Assembly (NCBI GenBank): GCA_037481795.1
Contig: JBBFLA010000005.1
Location: forward strand, 25,512 to 89,511
Source of the DNA: Spirochaetota bacterium
GTDB taxonomy: Bacteria > Spirochaetota > UBA4802 > UB4802
DNA: 64,000 nt
Reading direction: 5' to 3'
The position numbers and the translations under genes are program-made. Numbering within the stretch: position 1 is the stretch's first letter; each line of letters begins with the position of its first letter. The notes beneath the pieces were generated by a model, which was given only the letters and a program-made list of their open reading frames with translations, was not told the origin of the DNA and made no database searches. Of this stretch, positions 27,832 to 38,630 are shown one piece after another.

Positions 27832-29439
27832 ATGAAGATAATTGTAACTGGTCCAAAGGGTGTTGGAAAATCAACAATTGGGAAAAGAATTGCTGAAGTC
27901 TTACATATACCTTTCTATGAAACTGATGAGATGATTGAATTCCTTTTTGAAGAAAAACATGGTAGTAAAAAAAGTTGCCGGCAGATTGCAAAAGATTATG
28001 GCGAATCATTTTTCAGAGAACTTGAAAAAGAGGCAATTAAAAGAGCTGCGTTATATGATTGGTGTATAATAGCTACTGGTGGCGGGGCAATGCTTTTTCC
28101 AGAAAACAGGATATTGCTTAGAAAAGAAAGTTTAATTATTTTGTTGAAAGCTGATGTTGGTTTTTTATGGCAAAGGATGCAGGTTACCGGTATTCCGCCA
28201 TTTTTACAGGGCGACAACGCGTTTGATAACTATAGTCACCGTGTTCAAAAAATATATGAAGCCACAGAACATGTAAGTGATATTATTTATCTTGTAACAA
28301 AAGAAAATGAAGGTATTGCTCATGAGGAATTAATACAACAGATATCCTTTGTATTATCGCAATATATGTATGCACCCAATACATTTGGGCAGGTGCTAAA
28401 AGTCACAACATTTGGTGAAAGTCATGGCAAAGCATTAGGGGCTGTTGTGGATGGGTTAAAACCGGGAATCCCATTATCCCTGGAAGATATTCAGAAACAG
28501 CTTGACCGGCGTAAACCCGGCCAGAGTTCAGTCAGCACCCAGCGGAAAGAAGCTGACAGTGTGGAAATTGTTTCGGGTTTGTTTGAAGGGAAAACAACAG
28601 GAACCCCCTTGTGTATGATTGTTTATAATAAAGATCAGGATTCCAGAGCATATGAATCTATTAAAGATATATTCAGACCTGGCCATGCTGATTTTACATT
28701 CTGGCATAAATATGGGATACGGGATTATAGGGGAGGAGGAAGGTCATCCGGGCGCGAGACAGTGGGAAGGGTTGCTGCGGGAGCTATTGCCCTGAAAATG
28801 TTGGAAGAAAAAGGTGTAACAATATTGGCGTATGCTGAAGAAATTGCTGGTATAAAAGGAGAAAAAGTATATTTTGATTTTATTGAAAAAAATTCTGTGA
28901 GGGCTGCCGACCCGGATAAAGCGCATGCAATGGAACAGGCTATAAAACAGGCTCAGGCTGAGCATGATTCTGTGGGCGGTATTGTTGCATGTGTTGTTAA
29001 AGGATTGCCTGCCGGTTTGGGCGATCCGGTGTTTTGTAAGCTGGATGCGCGGATTGCAATGGCCGTTATGTCGATTGGCGCGGTAAAAGGTATTGAATTT
29101 GGAAGTGGGTTTGCTGCTGCAGGTAAGCGTGGCAGTGAAAATAATGACCAGATGAGTGATGGAAAATTTTTGACTAATAATGCAGGTGGCATTTTAGGTG
29201 GCATATCAACAGGTCAGGATGTAATGATGCGTATTGCAGTTAAGCCAACACCATCCATAGCAAAGCCACAGAAAACCATGGACATATACGGGAATACGGT
29301 TGATGTATTCATTAAAGGCAGGCATGATCCATGTATTGTGCCACGAATAATTCCGGTTGTTGAGGCAATGGTTGCCCTTGTAATATATGACGCATGGTTA
29401 CTACAGGAAAGGATGGGGCGTTATGACGGTTCTGTATAA
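27832..29439 (+). CDS. aroC: fused shikimate kinase - chorismate synthase
   Basis: Residues 1-~170 are a shikimate kinase: GPKGVGKST Walker A, ETDEMIE, ATGGGAM. The remainder is a full chorismate synthase: TFGESHG, GHADF, GGGRSSGRET, RHDPC. Confidence 0.88.
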   Translation: MKIIVTGPKGVGKSTIGKRIAEVLHIPFYETDEMIEFLFEEKHGSKKSCRQIAKDYGESFFRELEKEAIKRAALYDWCIIATGGGAMLFPENRILLRKESLIILLKADVGFLWQRMQVTGIPPFLQGDNAFDNYSHRVQKIYEATEHVSDIIYLVTKENEGIAHEELIQQISFVLSQYMYAPNTFGQVLKVTTFGESHGKALGAVVDGLKPGIPLSLEDIQKQLDRRKPGQSSVSTQRKEADSVEIVSGLFEGKTTGTPLCMIVYNKDQDSRAYESIKDIFRPGHADFTFWHKYGIRDYRGGGRSSGRETVGRVAAGAIALKMLEEKGVTILAYAEEIAGIKGEKVYFDFIEKNSVRAADPDKAHAMEQAIKQAQAEHDSVGGIVACVVKGLPAGLGDPVFCKLDARIAMAVMSIGAVKGIEFGSGFAAAGKRGSENNDQMSDGKFLTNNAGGILGGISTGQDVMMRIAVKPTPSIAKPQKTMDIYGNTVDVFIKGRHDPCIVPRIIPVVEAMVALVIYDAWLLQERMGRYDGSV

Positions 29440-30355
29440 CTTATCTGAGCGTGATGAAGTTTTTAGAAATCCTGTAATCACCATAGGAAGCTTTGATGGA
29501 GTCCATAGAGGACACAGGGCAATATTTGATCGTATGCTGACGCTGGCGCAGTCATTAAATGGGGAACCGATAGTTTTTACATTCAGTGAACATCCCCGAA
29601 AGCTTTTAACACCACACACACCACCCAGGATATTGACAACAGCTATTGAAAAAATCCATGCAATTGAACAGGCTGGCATCAGCAATATTGTCATGATGCC
29701 CTTTACCCATGATATTGCAGCTCTAACAGCAGAGGAATTTTTATATAAGATTGTATTCTACCATATTGGGAAAGCACATATTGTGGTAGGCTATGACCAT
29801 GCGTTTGGAAAAGGAAGGCAGGGGGATTTTGAATTTTTAAAAGAGGTGGCATTACGTGAGGGATTTCTGGTTGAGCGCGTTGAACCGGTCTGTATTCAGT
29901 CGCGGCCGGTATCTTCATCATGGATACGCACAGAGATTGAGGATGGGAACATTGCACTGGCAAATATGCTTTTAGGAAGGCATTATACTTTACGTGGTAC
30001 AGTGGTTAAAGGACAGATGCGGGGGCGGCTTTTAGGATATCCTACTGCCAACATTATCCCTGATGACCCCGATAAGATAATTCCAAAAGATGGAGTGTAT
30101 GCAGTAAAGGTATGTGTCAAAGGCAAGCTGCATCATGGTATGCTTAATATTGGTACCAACCCAACATTTGAAAACACCGAACAAACAATTGAGGTTCATA
30201 TATTTGATTTTGATGAAGATATTTATGGCCAAACCCTTGAAGTGTTTTTTATTGAACGCATTCGGGATGAGAAGCGATTTGGTTCCGTTACTGAACTTAA
30301 GGAGCAACTGCATAATGATAAACTGGTCAGTGGAAAAATATTAGCTGGAAGCTGA
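29423..30355 (+). CDS. ribF: bifunctional riboflavin kinase / FAD synthetase
   Basis: GSFDGVHRGH, then the kinase half GRLLGYPTAN...E.HIFDF. Start taken at the ATG at 29423 (MTVLYNL), which overlaps the aroC end by 17 nt. Confidence 0.9.
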   Translation: MTVLYNLSERDEVFRNPVITIGSFDGVHRGHRAIFDRMLTLAQSLNGEPIVFTFSEHPRKLLTPHTPPRILTTAIEKIHAIEQAGISNIVMMPFTHDIAALTAEEFLYKIVFYHIGKAHIVVGYDHAFGKGRQGDFEFLKEVALREGFLVERVEPVCIQSRPVSSSWIRTEIEDGNIALANMLLGRHYTLRGTVVKGQMRGRLLGYPTANIIPDDPDKIIPKDGVYAVKVCVKGKLHHGMLNIGTNPTFENTEQTIEVHIFDFDEDIYGQTLEVFFIERIRDEKRFGSVTELKEQLHNDKLVSGKILAGS

Positions 30356-30357
30356 AC

Positions 30358-30879
30358 ATGCGCAGTAACCTGGAATTCTATACATATTTGAAATATTCAA
30401 TATATGAAACTGTTACATTTTTTAATTACAGGATATATATCTTTGGTAGTGAAAAAACAGTTAAAGCAATTATGTTCGATAGTTACTGCAAAAAAGATGT
30501 TTTTGAAAGTATAATTAATTCAGCTCACAGAGGGTTAACTCCTATAATAAAAGAAGCAATAGTTTTTTTTAAGCAGTATGAAAAAAAAGTATTTCTCCAA
30601 CCTCCACTATGTGATTTATCCCTCTATACCGGTAATGAGCAGAACGTTTTAAAGGAATTACTTTTGATACAACCTGGCAGTACAATATCGTATGGGAAAC
30701 TTGCTGCACAATGCGGTTATAAAGGAGGTGCACGGTTTGTGGGGAATGTAATGGCAAAAAATATATTTCCTGTTATCTATCCGTGTCACAGGGTAATACG
30801 GAGCAATGGGGATATTGGCAATTACAGTGGTGGTTTGAGGATAAAGGAGTTTTTGCTTGAATGGGAAAAAGACAATTAG
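30358..30879 (+). CDS. ogt: methylated-DNA--protein-cysteine methyltransferase
   Basis: Has the active-site PCHRV motif (IYPCHRVI) and a preceding YG.LA helix-turn-helix. Confidence 0.88.
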   Translation: MRSNLEFYTYLKYSIYETVTFFNYRIYIFGSEKTVKAIMFDSYCKKDVFESIINSAHRGLTPIIKEAIVFFKQYEKKVFLQPPLCDLSLYTGNEQNVLKELLLIQPGSTISYGKLAAQCGYKGGARFVGNVMAKNIFPVIYPCHRVIRSNGDIGNYSGGLRIKEFLLEWEKDN

Positions 30880-30950
30880 CTGTTCAATGAAAAAAATGAG
30901 AAATGCTTTACGCAGAGCAGGCAAAAAAAATAGAAACCACAGAAAAAATC

Positions 30951-33900
30951 TTAATGTTTAATATTAAAATTCTTTTGGTAGCTATTGAATAATATTGGTG
31001 TAATAATTAATATACATACAAATGAACCACACAGACCCGATATTACTGTAACAGCAAACCCCTGCCATAGATGACTTCCACTAGAAGAAATAACCAGCGG
31101 TAACAAACCAGATACAGTGGTTATTGTTGTTATCAGCATTGGTTTACTGCGATGCTGATTTATGGTGTGATAATCTTTTATTAATAAAAATTTCTTTTGT
31201 CTTGAAGATTTGATGTGTTGCAAATAACTATCTAACAAAAGTATTGAATTGTTAACCACAATACCGGTTAATACTACAAATCCCATAATGGTTGCTATAT
31301 TACACTGAATGGTAAAGATATATACTGTCCAGATTGCCCACATCCATGCTATTGGTACTGATACGATAATTATCCATGGTAGTATGAAAGATTCAAATAT
31401 AGAAGCAATCACCATGTACACTAAGGCAATAGCAATGCATATATAGATCACCATATAGATAATGGATTGTTTATGCTGTGTAAAGGTCTTGTCATATTCT
31501 ATGTAATATCCATCGGGGAGTGATAATTGTTGAATGGTGTTGTAAAGGATCTTTTCCATTTTATGAATGGGAACTTTTGGAATAATGCTGATTGTTTCAG
31601 ATCGCATTTTATCGTGATGCCATACTGTGGTAACGATATTTGATGTAGAAACTGTTGCAATATTCTTTAATGGAATTACCCTATTATCCAGAGGAAGTGT
31701 TATATCATTAATTTCATTAACATCATAGTGGTTATTTGTAATACGAACATCAACTTCTTTGTCATCAATGTATTTGGTTATCACAGGACTATAGAAAAGA
31801 TTTCTTATGTAATCGCCTGCATAGGCAATGGGAATGCCTGTGTATGCACATTTCATCCTGTCAAATTGAATTAATACTTCGGGACGCTCGTCTTTGAAAT
31901 GATAGATAATATCTTCAACTGCTGAAGTTGTTTGCAACTGTGCAGCAAATGTATATGCTAACTGTCGAGTAACCTGTACATCCCTGCCTTTTATGATGAC
32001 TTCAATTTCATTGTGTATTATGCCACCTGTACTGGTAAAAATTAATGAAGTATCTGGTAGAAGCTGTAATTGCTTTTTTATCATTTCACTGTTTATTGTA
32101 CCATCTGTATCAATAATAAACTCTGCATGTTCCTGCTCAATTCGTGTTGAGATATTGTTAATTGATTTAATGTGTTGCAACTGCTTTTCTATAGTAAAAG
32201 CAGCCTGAGATGTTGCCTGTAATGATGAACCTGAGGGCATTTCCAATCGTGCAAAGAGTTTATTTTGATCGGTAAAGGTAATATCATCAACAGTTATTTT
32301 TGAGATTGGAATCACCGTGCTGGTAATTGCAAGCAGGGTAATACCATAGAGTTTTTTTTGATTATTAAAAAAATATTCCATTGTTGAGTTAACATGTGCA
32401 ATTGATACATATTTTTTGCATTTCTTTACAAAAGATGTAACTACTGTTACATTTAGAAATTGTGGAATTAATTTATGGAGCAAAGAAATAGATAACGATG
32501 GTAGTGGTTGTATAAATACGGTTACATGTAAACACCATGGTACAAATATAATAGCAACTATCAGTGATGAAACTATAGCAACTATCACAGTGCCAGCTAA
32601 CTGGATGAATAAAGCAGTACTCTTTGTTTTTAATAGCAACACGGGAATAAATATTACTATTGTAGTTAGGCTTGATGCAACCAGGGCTCTTGCAACCTTT
32701 TGTGTTGATGATATAATATGTTCATCGGTAATAGTTTTGCGCTTTGAATGTGAAAATATTTTTTCAATGACAATAATGCTATTATCAACAACCATGCCTG
32801 TTGCAATGGCAATTGCAGAAAGTGTTATAACATTAAGTGTGGCACCGCTGGAAAATAAATAAATTGCAATAGCCATAAATGAAAATGGGATTGCAATAAT
32901 GACTGCTATAGTAGCCCGTATATTTTTTAAAAAAATATATACCACCAGCATTGTCAATATCATACCAGCTATACAACTTATATAAAGGTTATGAAGTGCT
33001 TTTTGTATCTCTTCTGCACTGTTATAGGTTATATGTGCTGTAACACCAGGTAGTGAGCATTGGGACAGTATGCTCGCTACCTGTTGTGATACATCTATAG
33101 GATTGGCTGTACTGGTTTTATAGATATATAATGAAACCTGTTCCAGAGCGTTGTAACGTGATAATGAGTCCTGTTTGCCCGCATAATCTTTTACAGTAGC
33201 TATTTGGCCTAAACGTTTCAGTAAACCAGCAGATGCTGATACTAATGGCAGGTTTTTAATTTCTTCCAGTGAAAAAAATCTACTTTTAAGGCGCAATGTA
33301 TAATCATTCATGGGATCATGCAGAATTCCCAATGAATGAATAAAATTGTTTTTTTGAATTTGTTCTGCTATACGATGCAATGGTATGCCGTGAGCAACAC
33401 AGTAATTGTTATCAGCAGTCACATGAATCTCGCGTTTGTTGCCTCCGCCTATCTCAATCATTGAAATGCCTTCAACACGTTCCAGGGCTTTTTTGTATTT
33501 GCCTTCAGCTATATCTCGCAGTTTGTTAAGGCTATACTGTGTACTTGATAATCCAATTACCATAATAGGCGAATAGTCAATTCCCTGAAGATATATCTCG
33601 GGTTCATTGACATCTTCTGGAAACATGGCACGCACGGGTTCTATCTTTTCATGCAGTTCATACACTTTATATTGTAGCGGTGCATCGTTTTCAAAGGTTA
33701 TGTAGATGCGGGCTTCATTGTCATTGCTTGAAGAAACAATTTCTTCTATTCCGCCAATAGTGCTAATAGCTTCTTCAAGTGGATTGGTGATTATCTCCTC
33801 TATTTTATACGGCGACTGTCCAGGATACCGCACTACAAGCGTTATGGCGTGATTACTCATATCAGGCAAAAGTGATGACGGCAATGATGTAAATGCAAAA

Positions 33901-33977
33901 AAGCCTGTTGCCATGATACCGCAAAAGATCATTAATGTTGTTATTCTATGGGTAACGAAATATTGTATTAATTTCAT
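30951..33977 (-). CDS. RND efflux permease (AcrB/MdtC-like), second of tandem pair
   Basis: About 1009 aa with the 12-TM RND layout and two large periplasmic loops. Start set at the ATG at 33977 (MKLIQYF...), which forms an ATGA overlap with the upstream RND stop. The ORF-track extension to 34130 lies inside the upstream gene. Confidence 0.88.
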   Translation of the reverse strand: MKLIQYFVTHRITTLMIFCGIMATGFFAFTSLPSSLLPDMSNHAITLVVRYPGQSPYKIEEIITNPLEEAISTIGGIEEIVSSSNDNEARIYITFENDAPLQYKVYELHEKIEPVRAMFPEDVNEPEIYLQGIDYSPIMVIGLSSTQYSLNKLRDIAEGKYKKALERVEGISMIEIGGGNKREIHVTADNNYCVAHGIPLHRIAEQIQKNNFIHSLGILHDPMNDYTLRLKSRFFSLEEIKNLPLVSASAGLLKRLGQIATVKDYAGKQDSLSRYNALEQVSLYIYKTSTANPIDVSQQVASILSQCSLPGVTAHITYNSAEEIQKALHNLYISCIAGMILTMLVVYIFLKNIRATIAVIIAIPFSFMAIAIYLFSSGATLNVITLSAIAIATGMVVDNSIIVIEKIFSHSKRKTITDEHIISSTQKVARALVASSLTTIVIFIPVLLLKTKSTALFIQLAGTVIVAIVSSLIVAIIFVPWCLHVTVFIQPLPSLSISLLHKLIPQFLNVTVVTSFVKKCKKYVSIAHVNSTMEYFFNNQKKLYGITLLAITSTVIPISKITVDDITFTDQNKLFARLEMPSGSSLQATSQAAFTIEKQLQHIKSINNISTRIEQEHAEFIIDTDGTINSEMIKKQLQLLPDTSLIFTSTGGIIHNEIEVIIKGRDVQVTRQLAYTFAAQLQTTSAVEDIIYHFKDERPEVLIQFDRMKCAYTGIPIAYAGDYIRNLFYSPVITKYIDDKEVDVRITNNHYDVNEINDITLPLDNRVIPLKNIATVSTSNIVTTVWHHDKMRSETISIIPKVPIHKMEKILYNTIQQLSLPDGYYIEYDKTFTQHKQSIIYMVIYICIAIALVYMVIASIFESFILPWIIIVSVPIAWMWAIWTVYIFTIQCNIATIMGFVVLTGIVVNNSILLLDSYLQHIKSSRQKKFLLIKDYHTINQHRSKPMLITTITTVSGLLPLVISSSGSHLWQGFAVTVISGLCGSFVCILIITPILFNSYQKNFNIKH

Positions 33978-36900
33978 GAATTTTCCCTGATTGCTAAATG
34001 TATGAAGTGTGGCAGGCAGAGCATAATAAAACCTGTTCCTGCAATCATGCCGCCAATGATGGAAATTGCAAGTGGTGATTGGACATCTGAGCCTTCCTGT
34101 AATCCTAACGCCAGTGGTATAAGCCCGCAAATGGTGGTGAGGGATGTCATTATGATTGGTCTAAGACGCTGTCTGCAGGATTTTGTAATTAATTCAAACA
34201 CATTGCTATTATGGCGATAGTTATGAATAATAGTATCAAGAAGCAATATAGCATTATTTACAATAGTACCTATAAGAACAACTGCTCCCATGAGTGACAT
34301 GATATTAATTGATTTTCCCGTAAAAAAAAGAAATATGAATGATCCACATAAAGCTACAGGCACTGATGACATGATTAACAGCGGATAAAGAAGTGATTCA
34401 AATTGTGAGGCAATAATCATGTATATTAATACAATAGAAAGTATAAGAATAGCATACAGCGATTGAAGTGATTCTTTTGTTTCAATCATTTCCTGTGATA
34501 AAACAAACGAAACATTTTGTTGTTTGTGTTTTTCCCACAACCGTTGTAATTTTTCTATTGCGTTTTCCTGTGAGATGCCGTTTGTTACAATATGAATGGG
34601 TATGCATCGTTGCTGATTGTTTCGTATAATTGAAGAATATCCCTGTGAATTGGAAATTGAGGCAATAGTGTGAAGTAATGTACATGTAGCACCCCCATTA
34701 GCCCTAATGGGTATCATTCCTATGTCATCTATGCTGTCACGGAAGTTGCTATCAAATCGTGTAACAATATCAACCGCATGATCTGATTCATTGTATTTTC
34801 CTGAGTGTGTTCCATACACAGCAGTGTGTATAAATGAAGCAACATCCTGAAGTGTTAATCCATAAGAAGCTAACCTATCAGTATCAGCCTGTATTGTAAG
34901 TTCAGGCTTGCCCTGTTTAATTTCGCTGTAACATTGTGTAATCCATGGTTGTCCGGTGCATTCTTGTATAAATGCAGCGGCAGCAGCATTAATATCATGT
35001 AATGAATTTCCTGTGCAGTTAATGGTTATAGCACCACTACCTGTACGCGACACCTGTAAAAAATCAATATTTGTTACATTGTATTCAATATGAACATTAT
35101 CTGCCAGTTTCACATTTTTCTCTAAATATGTAATGCAATCCCTTGCATCTTCTCCATTGTGCAATAGTACATAAATCTGGCCAATATTGGTATTCTTTTC
35201 CCTGCCAAAGTATTCAGTATAATCTTCAGGGTTATAGCCTGCTGTTATTAATCGTTTGTCAATGTCAGGATAGTGTTTCAATATTGAATCAATATATTGA
35301 AGCATATTAATTGTTTGTTGTAATGTGGTACCAGGAGGCGCCTCCAATCTAATAGTAAACTCACTTTGTTTTGTATCAGGCATCAGCGACCTGGTCATAA
35401 TGCAAATGGTACATACACCAAGAACAATAATAGCGATTGTTACCATGTAAATACATTTAGTCCGTGAAAGTACCATATCAAGCAGTGAAACGTATCGGTG
35501 TTCGATAGTATGCAGCAATGAATTAATTTTGTGGAAAAATGAACTAATATGAACTATCGCCACAAAGTGCTGTTGCTTTTTAGCATGATGAACTTTTTGT
35601 GACAGAATAGTGTACAGTGCAGGGATGAGAAGCAGGGCAACAAAAAGAGAAGCAAAAAGGGCGATAGTTACTGTGATGGCTAAATGAGCAAATAGTGCAC
35701 CGCCCAATCCTTTTATGAGTAACAGTGGTAGGAAAATGACCACACTGGTTAATGTTGATGCAATAAGTGATGGGGCAATTGTATATATGGCTTGCTGGAG
35801 TGATGTATTTTTTACATTGGAAATAGATTCAATTACTACTATGCCACAGTCAACAAGCATGCCCACGCATATGGTCAATCCGCCTAATGACATCATGTTG
35901 ATATTAATGGAAAATAAATTCATGAAAAAGAATGTAATGATAATTGATACAGGTATTGCTATGGTAATAATGAATGCAGAAAAGAAACGCTGCGTGAAAA
36001 GTAGAAGAACAAAAAATGCAATAAAAGAACCAGCTATAGCAGAAGACACAACACTGGATATGGCACTGCGGATGTACTGTGATTGATCGTTTATTATATC
36101 AAATGTTAGTCTTCTGTCATATTTTTTCTGGAGGTTTTCAACAAGGTGCCGCGTCTTACGGCACACCTCAACAGTGTTTTTGCCTGACTCTTTAATGATG
36201 GACAGAGTAACACACGGGTGACCGTTGATAAATGACTGGCTGGTAATTTCTTTAAATCCATCTATAACGCGGGCAACATGTTTTAAAAAGATTAATCGGC
36301 CATCCTGGGTTTTCTTAACAGAAACATTTTCAATGTCACTGATGTTTTTAAACTCGCCTGAAGTCCGTATAAGGAGTTCTTTATTGCCTGTAACAAGGGT
36401 GCCCGCAGGATAATTGAAGTGTGATGACTGGATGCTATCGATTATCTCATGTATCCCTATACTGTATGCCTGCAGTGCATCACGGTTTATGAGTACTTCA
36501 ATCTGGCGTACCTTGCCTCCCGTTACTTTAGCATTACCAACTCCTTCAATTCTTTCAAAAAGTGGTACTATATTTTTTTCTGTTTCATGGCGCAGCTGTC
36601 GTAAATCCATATCCTGCGAGGTAATGGCTATGTTCATGACTGGAAGGGAGTTTGGATCAAAGCGTGTAACGATTGGCTTATAGACATCCTGAGGAAGGAT
36701 ACCTTTTACAAGATCAACTTTTTCACGAACTTTTAAGAGAGCAAAATCAATATTGCTTCCCCATTGCAGTGTGGCGACAACCAGGCTTGCACCTTCAATT
36801 GATTCAGAATGTATGCGCTTTACTCCAGCAACGCTGTTTACTGCCTCTTCAACTGGTCGTGTGATAAGTTGTTCAATTTCCGATGGAGCAGCACCAGGAT

Positions 36901-37045
36901 ACAGTGTAATAACGGAAATCTCAGGATACTGTACAGGAGGCAGCAGATCCATGGTGAGGTTGCACAGTGATATAATACCAAAAAGGCACAGTGCACAGAA
37001 TGCCATAATAATTGTTACAGGACGTTGTACTATTAATGTTCCCAT
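33974..37045 (-). CDS. RND efflux permease (AcrB/MdtB-like), first of tandem pair
   Basis: 1023 aa. The N-terminus MGTLIVQRPVT...LPPVQYPEISVITLYPGAAPSEIEQLITRPVEEAV is typical of the AcrB family. Confidence 0.9.
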   Translation of the reverse strand: MGTLIVQRPVTIIMAFCALCLFGIISLCNLTMDLLPPVQYPEISVITLYPGAAPSEIEQLITRPVEEAVNSVAGVKRIHSESIEGASLVVATLQWGSNIDFALLKVREKVDLVKGILPQDVYKPIVTRFDPNSLPVMNIAITSQDMDLRQLRHETEKNIVPLFERIEGVGNAKVTGGKVRQIEVLINRDALQAYSIGIHEIIDSIQSSHFNYPAGTLVTGNKELLIRTSGEFKNISDIENVSVKKTQDGRLIFLKHVARVIDGFKEITSQSFINGHPCVTLSIIKESGKNTVEVCRKTRHLVENLQKKYDRRLTFDIINDQSQYIRSAISSVVSSAIAGSFIAFFVLLLFTQRFFSAFIITIAIPVSIIITFFFMNLFSININMMSLGGLTICVGMLVDCGIVVIESISNVKNTSLQQAIYTIAPSLIASTLTSVVIFLPLLLIKGLGGALFAHLAITVTIALFASLFVALLLIPALYTILSQKVHHAKKQQHFVAIVHISSFFHKINSLLHTIEHRYVSLLDMVLSRTKCIYMVTIAIIVLGVCTICIMTRSLMPDTKQSEFTIRLEAPPGTTLQQTINMLQYIDSILKHYPDIDKRLITAGYNPEDYTEYFGREKNTNIGQIYVLLHNGEDARDCITYLEKNVKLADNVHIEYNVTNIDFLQVSRTGSGAITINCTGNSLHDINAAAAAFIQECTGQPWITQCYSEIKQGKPELTIQADTDRLASYGLTLQDVASFIHTAVYGTHSGKYNESDHAVDIVTRFDSNFRDSIDDIGMIPIRANGGATCTLLHTIASISNSQGYSSIIRNNQQRCIPIHIVTNGISQENAIEKLQRLWEKHKQQNVSFVLSQEMIETKESLQSLYAILILSIVLIYMIIASQFESLLYPLLIMSSVPVALCGSFIFLFFTGKSINIMSLMGAVVLIGTIVNNAILLLDTIIHNYRHNSNVFELITKSCRQRLRPIIMTSLTTICGLIPLALGLQEGSDVQSPLAISIIGGMIAGTGFIMLCLPHFIHLAIRENS

Positions 37046-37053
37046 ATATATCG

Positions 37054-38598
37054 TTACATATTAAGATAAATAGCAAATGGATGTAGCATGTAATTGCCTG
37101 AGGTATCCTTAATACCATTGGTGCCATGATTAATGGATAATCTGTAATATGATTGTGGAGTAAGATTGAACATATATATATCAATGCAATCGGGATGATT
37201 ATCTGGTACTTCAATCTTCCATATTTTTGGGATTGGAGTAGGACTCAATTGTGATGCAGTGAGGCTCAATGATATAGCCTGCATTGCTGAAGGCAAATCC
37301 AATGACGCAATAGTAGCCAGTGTATTTGTTGTATTGGCAAATTGTATCCTGAATATCAAGACTGTAACATTAGTATTGTTAATGAGCTTGTAACAAGCAT
37401 ATGGCGGTGCCGAGTCAATGATATCGTCATTTTCTAATACACGCAACAAACTATCATCAGCATTGCCGTTGGAATCCCAGCCTAACTGATATATATATTT
37501 GCTGATATTGCCATACGGTGTAACTTCAATTGGTTGTGAATACTGTGAATATATTTTAAATGGGAAATTATATACCTGATCAAGAGTATTCCCTGCCATG
37601 TCCTTTGCCTGTGAAGAAATAGTCAGCATATACGTTTGCATCAGATTTAGTGGTGAAGAGGGTATTATACGGAGGTTCTGGTCATCTTCCCATGTAAAAG
37701 AAGCATTACAGGGAGGGGATATGCTGATACTTTCCCTGGTATCAATACGCTGCATAGCTTTTGAAAATCGTATAAGTAAGCTTGCATTTTTATCGATGCC
37801 TTCTGTTGTTGTGAAAGGTTGCAGTCGCATTGCTGTGTCAGTGTAATGCGCAAAACATCCAACAGAATAATCAGGTGGCTGTACTGCTTCAGGATATAAC
37901 GTTGGAGCAATGAAGTCAGTACCACATATAAAGATACTTTTATATTCTTTTAATAGATGATTCCCTGCTATATCTACAATATCTGTTGATAGAGTAATGG
38001 TGTATGTTGTACCATGTATATAATTATTATACGGAGTGAATACTAAAGTAGAATTGTCATCCTGCAGCGTAATATCACCGGCAACGTATGGGGTAATGAC
38101 AAAGCCTTTTTTTACTGAATCTAAACTAATAGCTTCAGAAAACTGTACAATCAGTGGCAAAAATATGTCAGATATTCGTTCTCCATCCGCAGGTTGTATT
38201 ATGAGAGCTTCAGGTTTAATAAGGTCAATACCAGTTGAAAATGATGATGTATAATCTTCTTTAAGATTGTTGCCATGACTGTCTTCCGCACTGGAGCGTA
38301 TAATGATTGTATAAACAGTAGCATCTTTACAATTTTCAATAAGGTCAAAATAAAGCTTATTGTTTTCCCATCGGAAATGTCCCTTTGGCTGATGTTCTCC
38401 ACTAATGGAAAAAGCTTCTTCGGTTTTTGGTCTGTCCATGGATTCAGAAAATTCTACACAAATAACAGGGCGATCTTCTAAAACTACGGATCTGTTAGCA
38501 GGGGTTATGCTAATGACTTCAGGTGGATCAATATCCACAAAATAATTACAGGATAGGAGCGTAAAAGACAGTAAAATTGTGGTAAAGGGTACTTTCAT
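37054..38598 (-). CDS. lipoprotein with repeated Big_5 (SbsA-type) Ig-like domains
   Basis: AGGAGA RBS, start at 38598, lipobox LLSC. It has repeated P-P-E-V-I-S-I-x-P...V-x-F-S-E-x-M-D modules (VICVEFSESMDRPKTEEAF, LIVQFSEAISLDSV, LLIRFSKAMQRIDT). Confidence 0.8.
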   Translation of the reverse strand: MKVPFTTILLSFTLLSCNYFVDIDPPEVISITPANRSVVLEDRPVICVEFSESMDRPKTEEAFSISGEHQPKGHFRWENNKLYFDLIENCKDATVYTIIIRSSAEDSHGNNLKEDYTSSFSTGIDLIKPEALIIQPADGERISDIFLPLIVQFSEAISLDSVKKGFVITPYVAGDITLQDDNSTLVFTPYNNYIHGTTYTITLSTDIVDIAGNHLLKEYKSIFICGTDFIAPTLYPEAVQPPDYSVGCFAHYTDTAMRLQPFTTTEGIDKNASLLIRFSKAMQRIDTRESISISPPCNASFTWEDDQNLRIIPSSPLNLMQTYMLTISSQAKDMAGNTLDQVYNFPFKIYSQYSQPIEVTPYGNISKYIYQLGWDSNGNADDSLLRVLENDDIIDSAPPYACYKLINNTNVTVLIFRIQFANTTNTLATIASLDLPSAMQAISLSLTASQLSPTPIPKIWKIEVPDNHPDCIDIYMFNLTPQSYYRLSINHGTNGIKDTSGNYMLHPFAIYLNM

Positions 38599-38630
38599 AA
38601 TAAACTTCTCCTGTAAATGGTGCAATTTTT

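Noticed and set aside
32416-32862. Antisense or shadow ORFs inside long genes. Examples: 32416..32862, 35715..36086, 15787..16227, 26716..27135, 3902..4375, 40079..40438, 49961..50293, 63124..63486, 63775..63972.
   Set aside because: Each lies wholly inside a well-supported gene on the opposite strand. Their translations are low-complexity or Ser/Cys/Ile-rich and have no start signals.
33978-34130. 51-codon N-terminal extension of the second RND ORF (ORF track 30951..34130)
   Set aside because: It lies entirely within the 3-prime end of the upstream RND gene in another frame. The ATG at 33977 gives a normal RND N-terminus and an ATGA coupling overlap.
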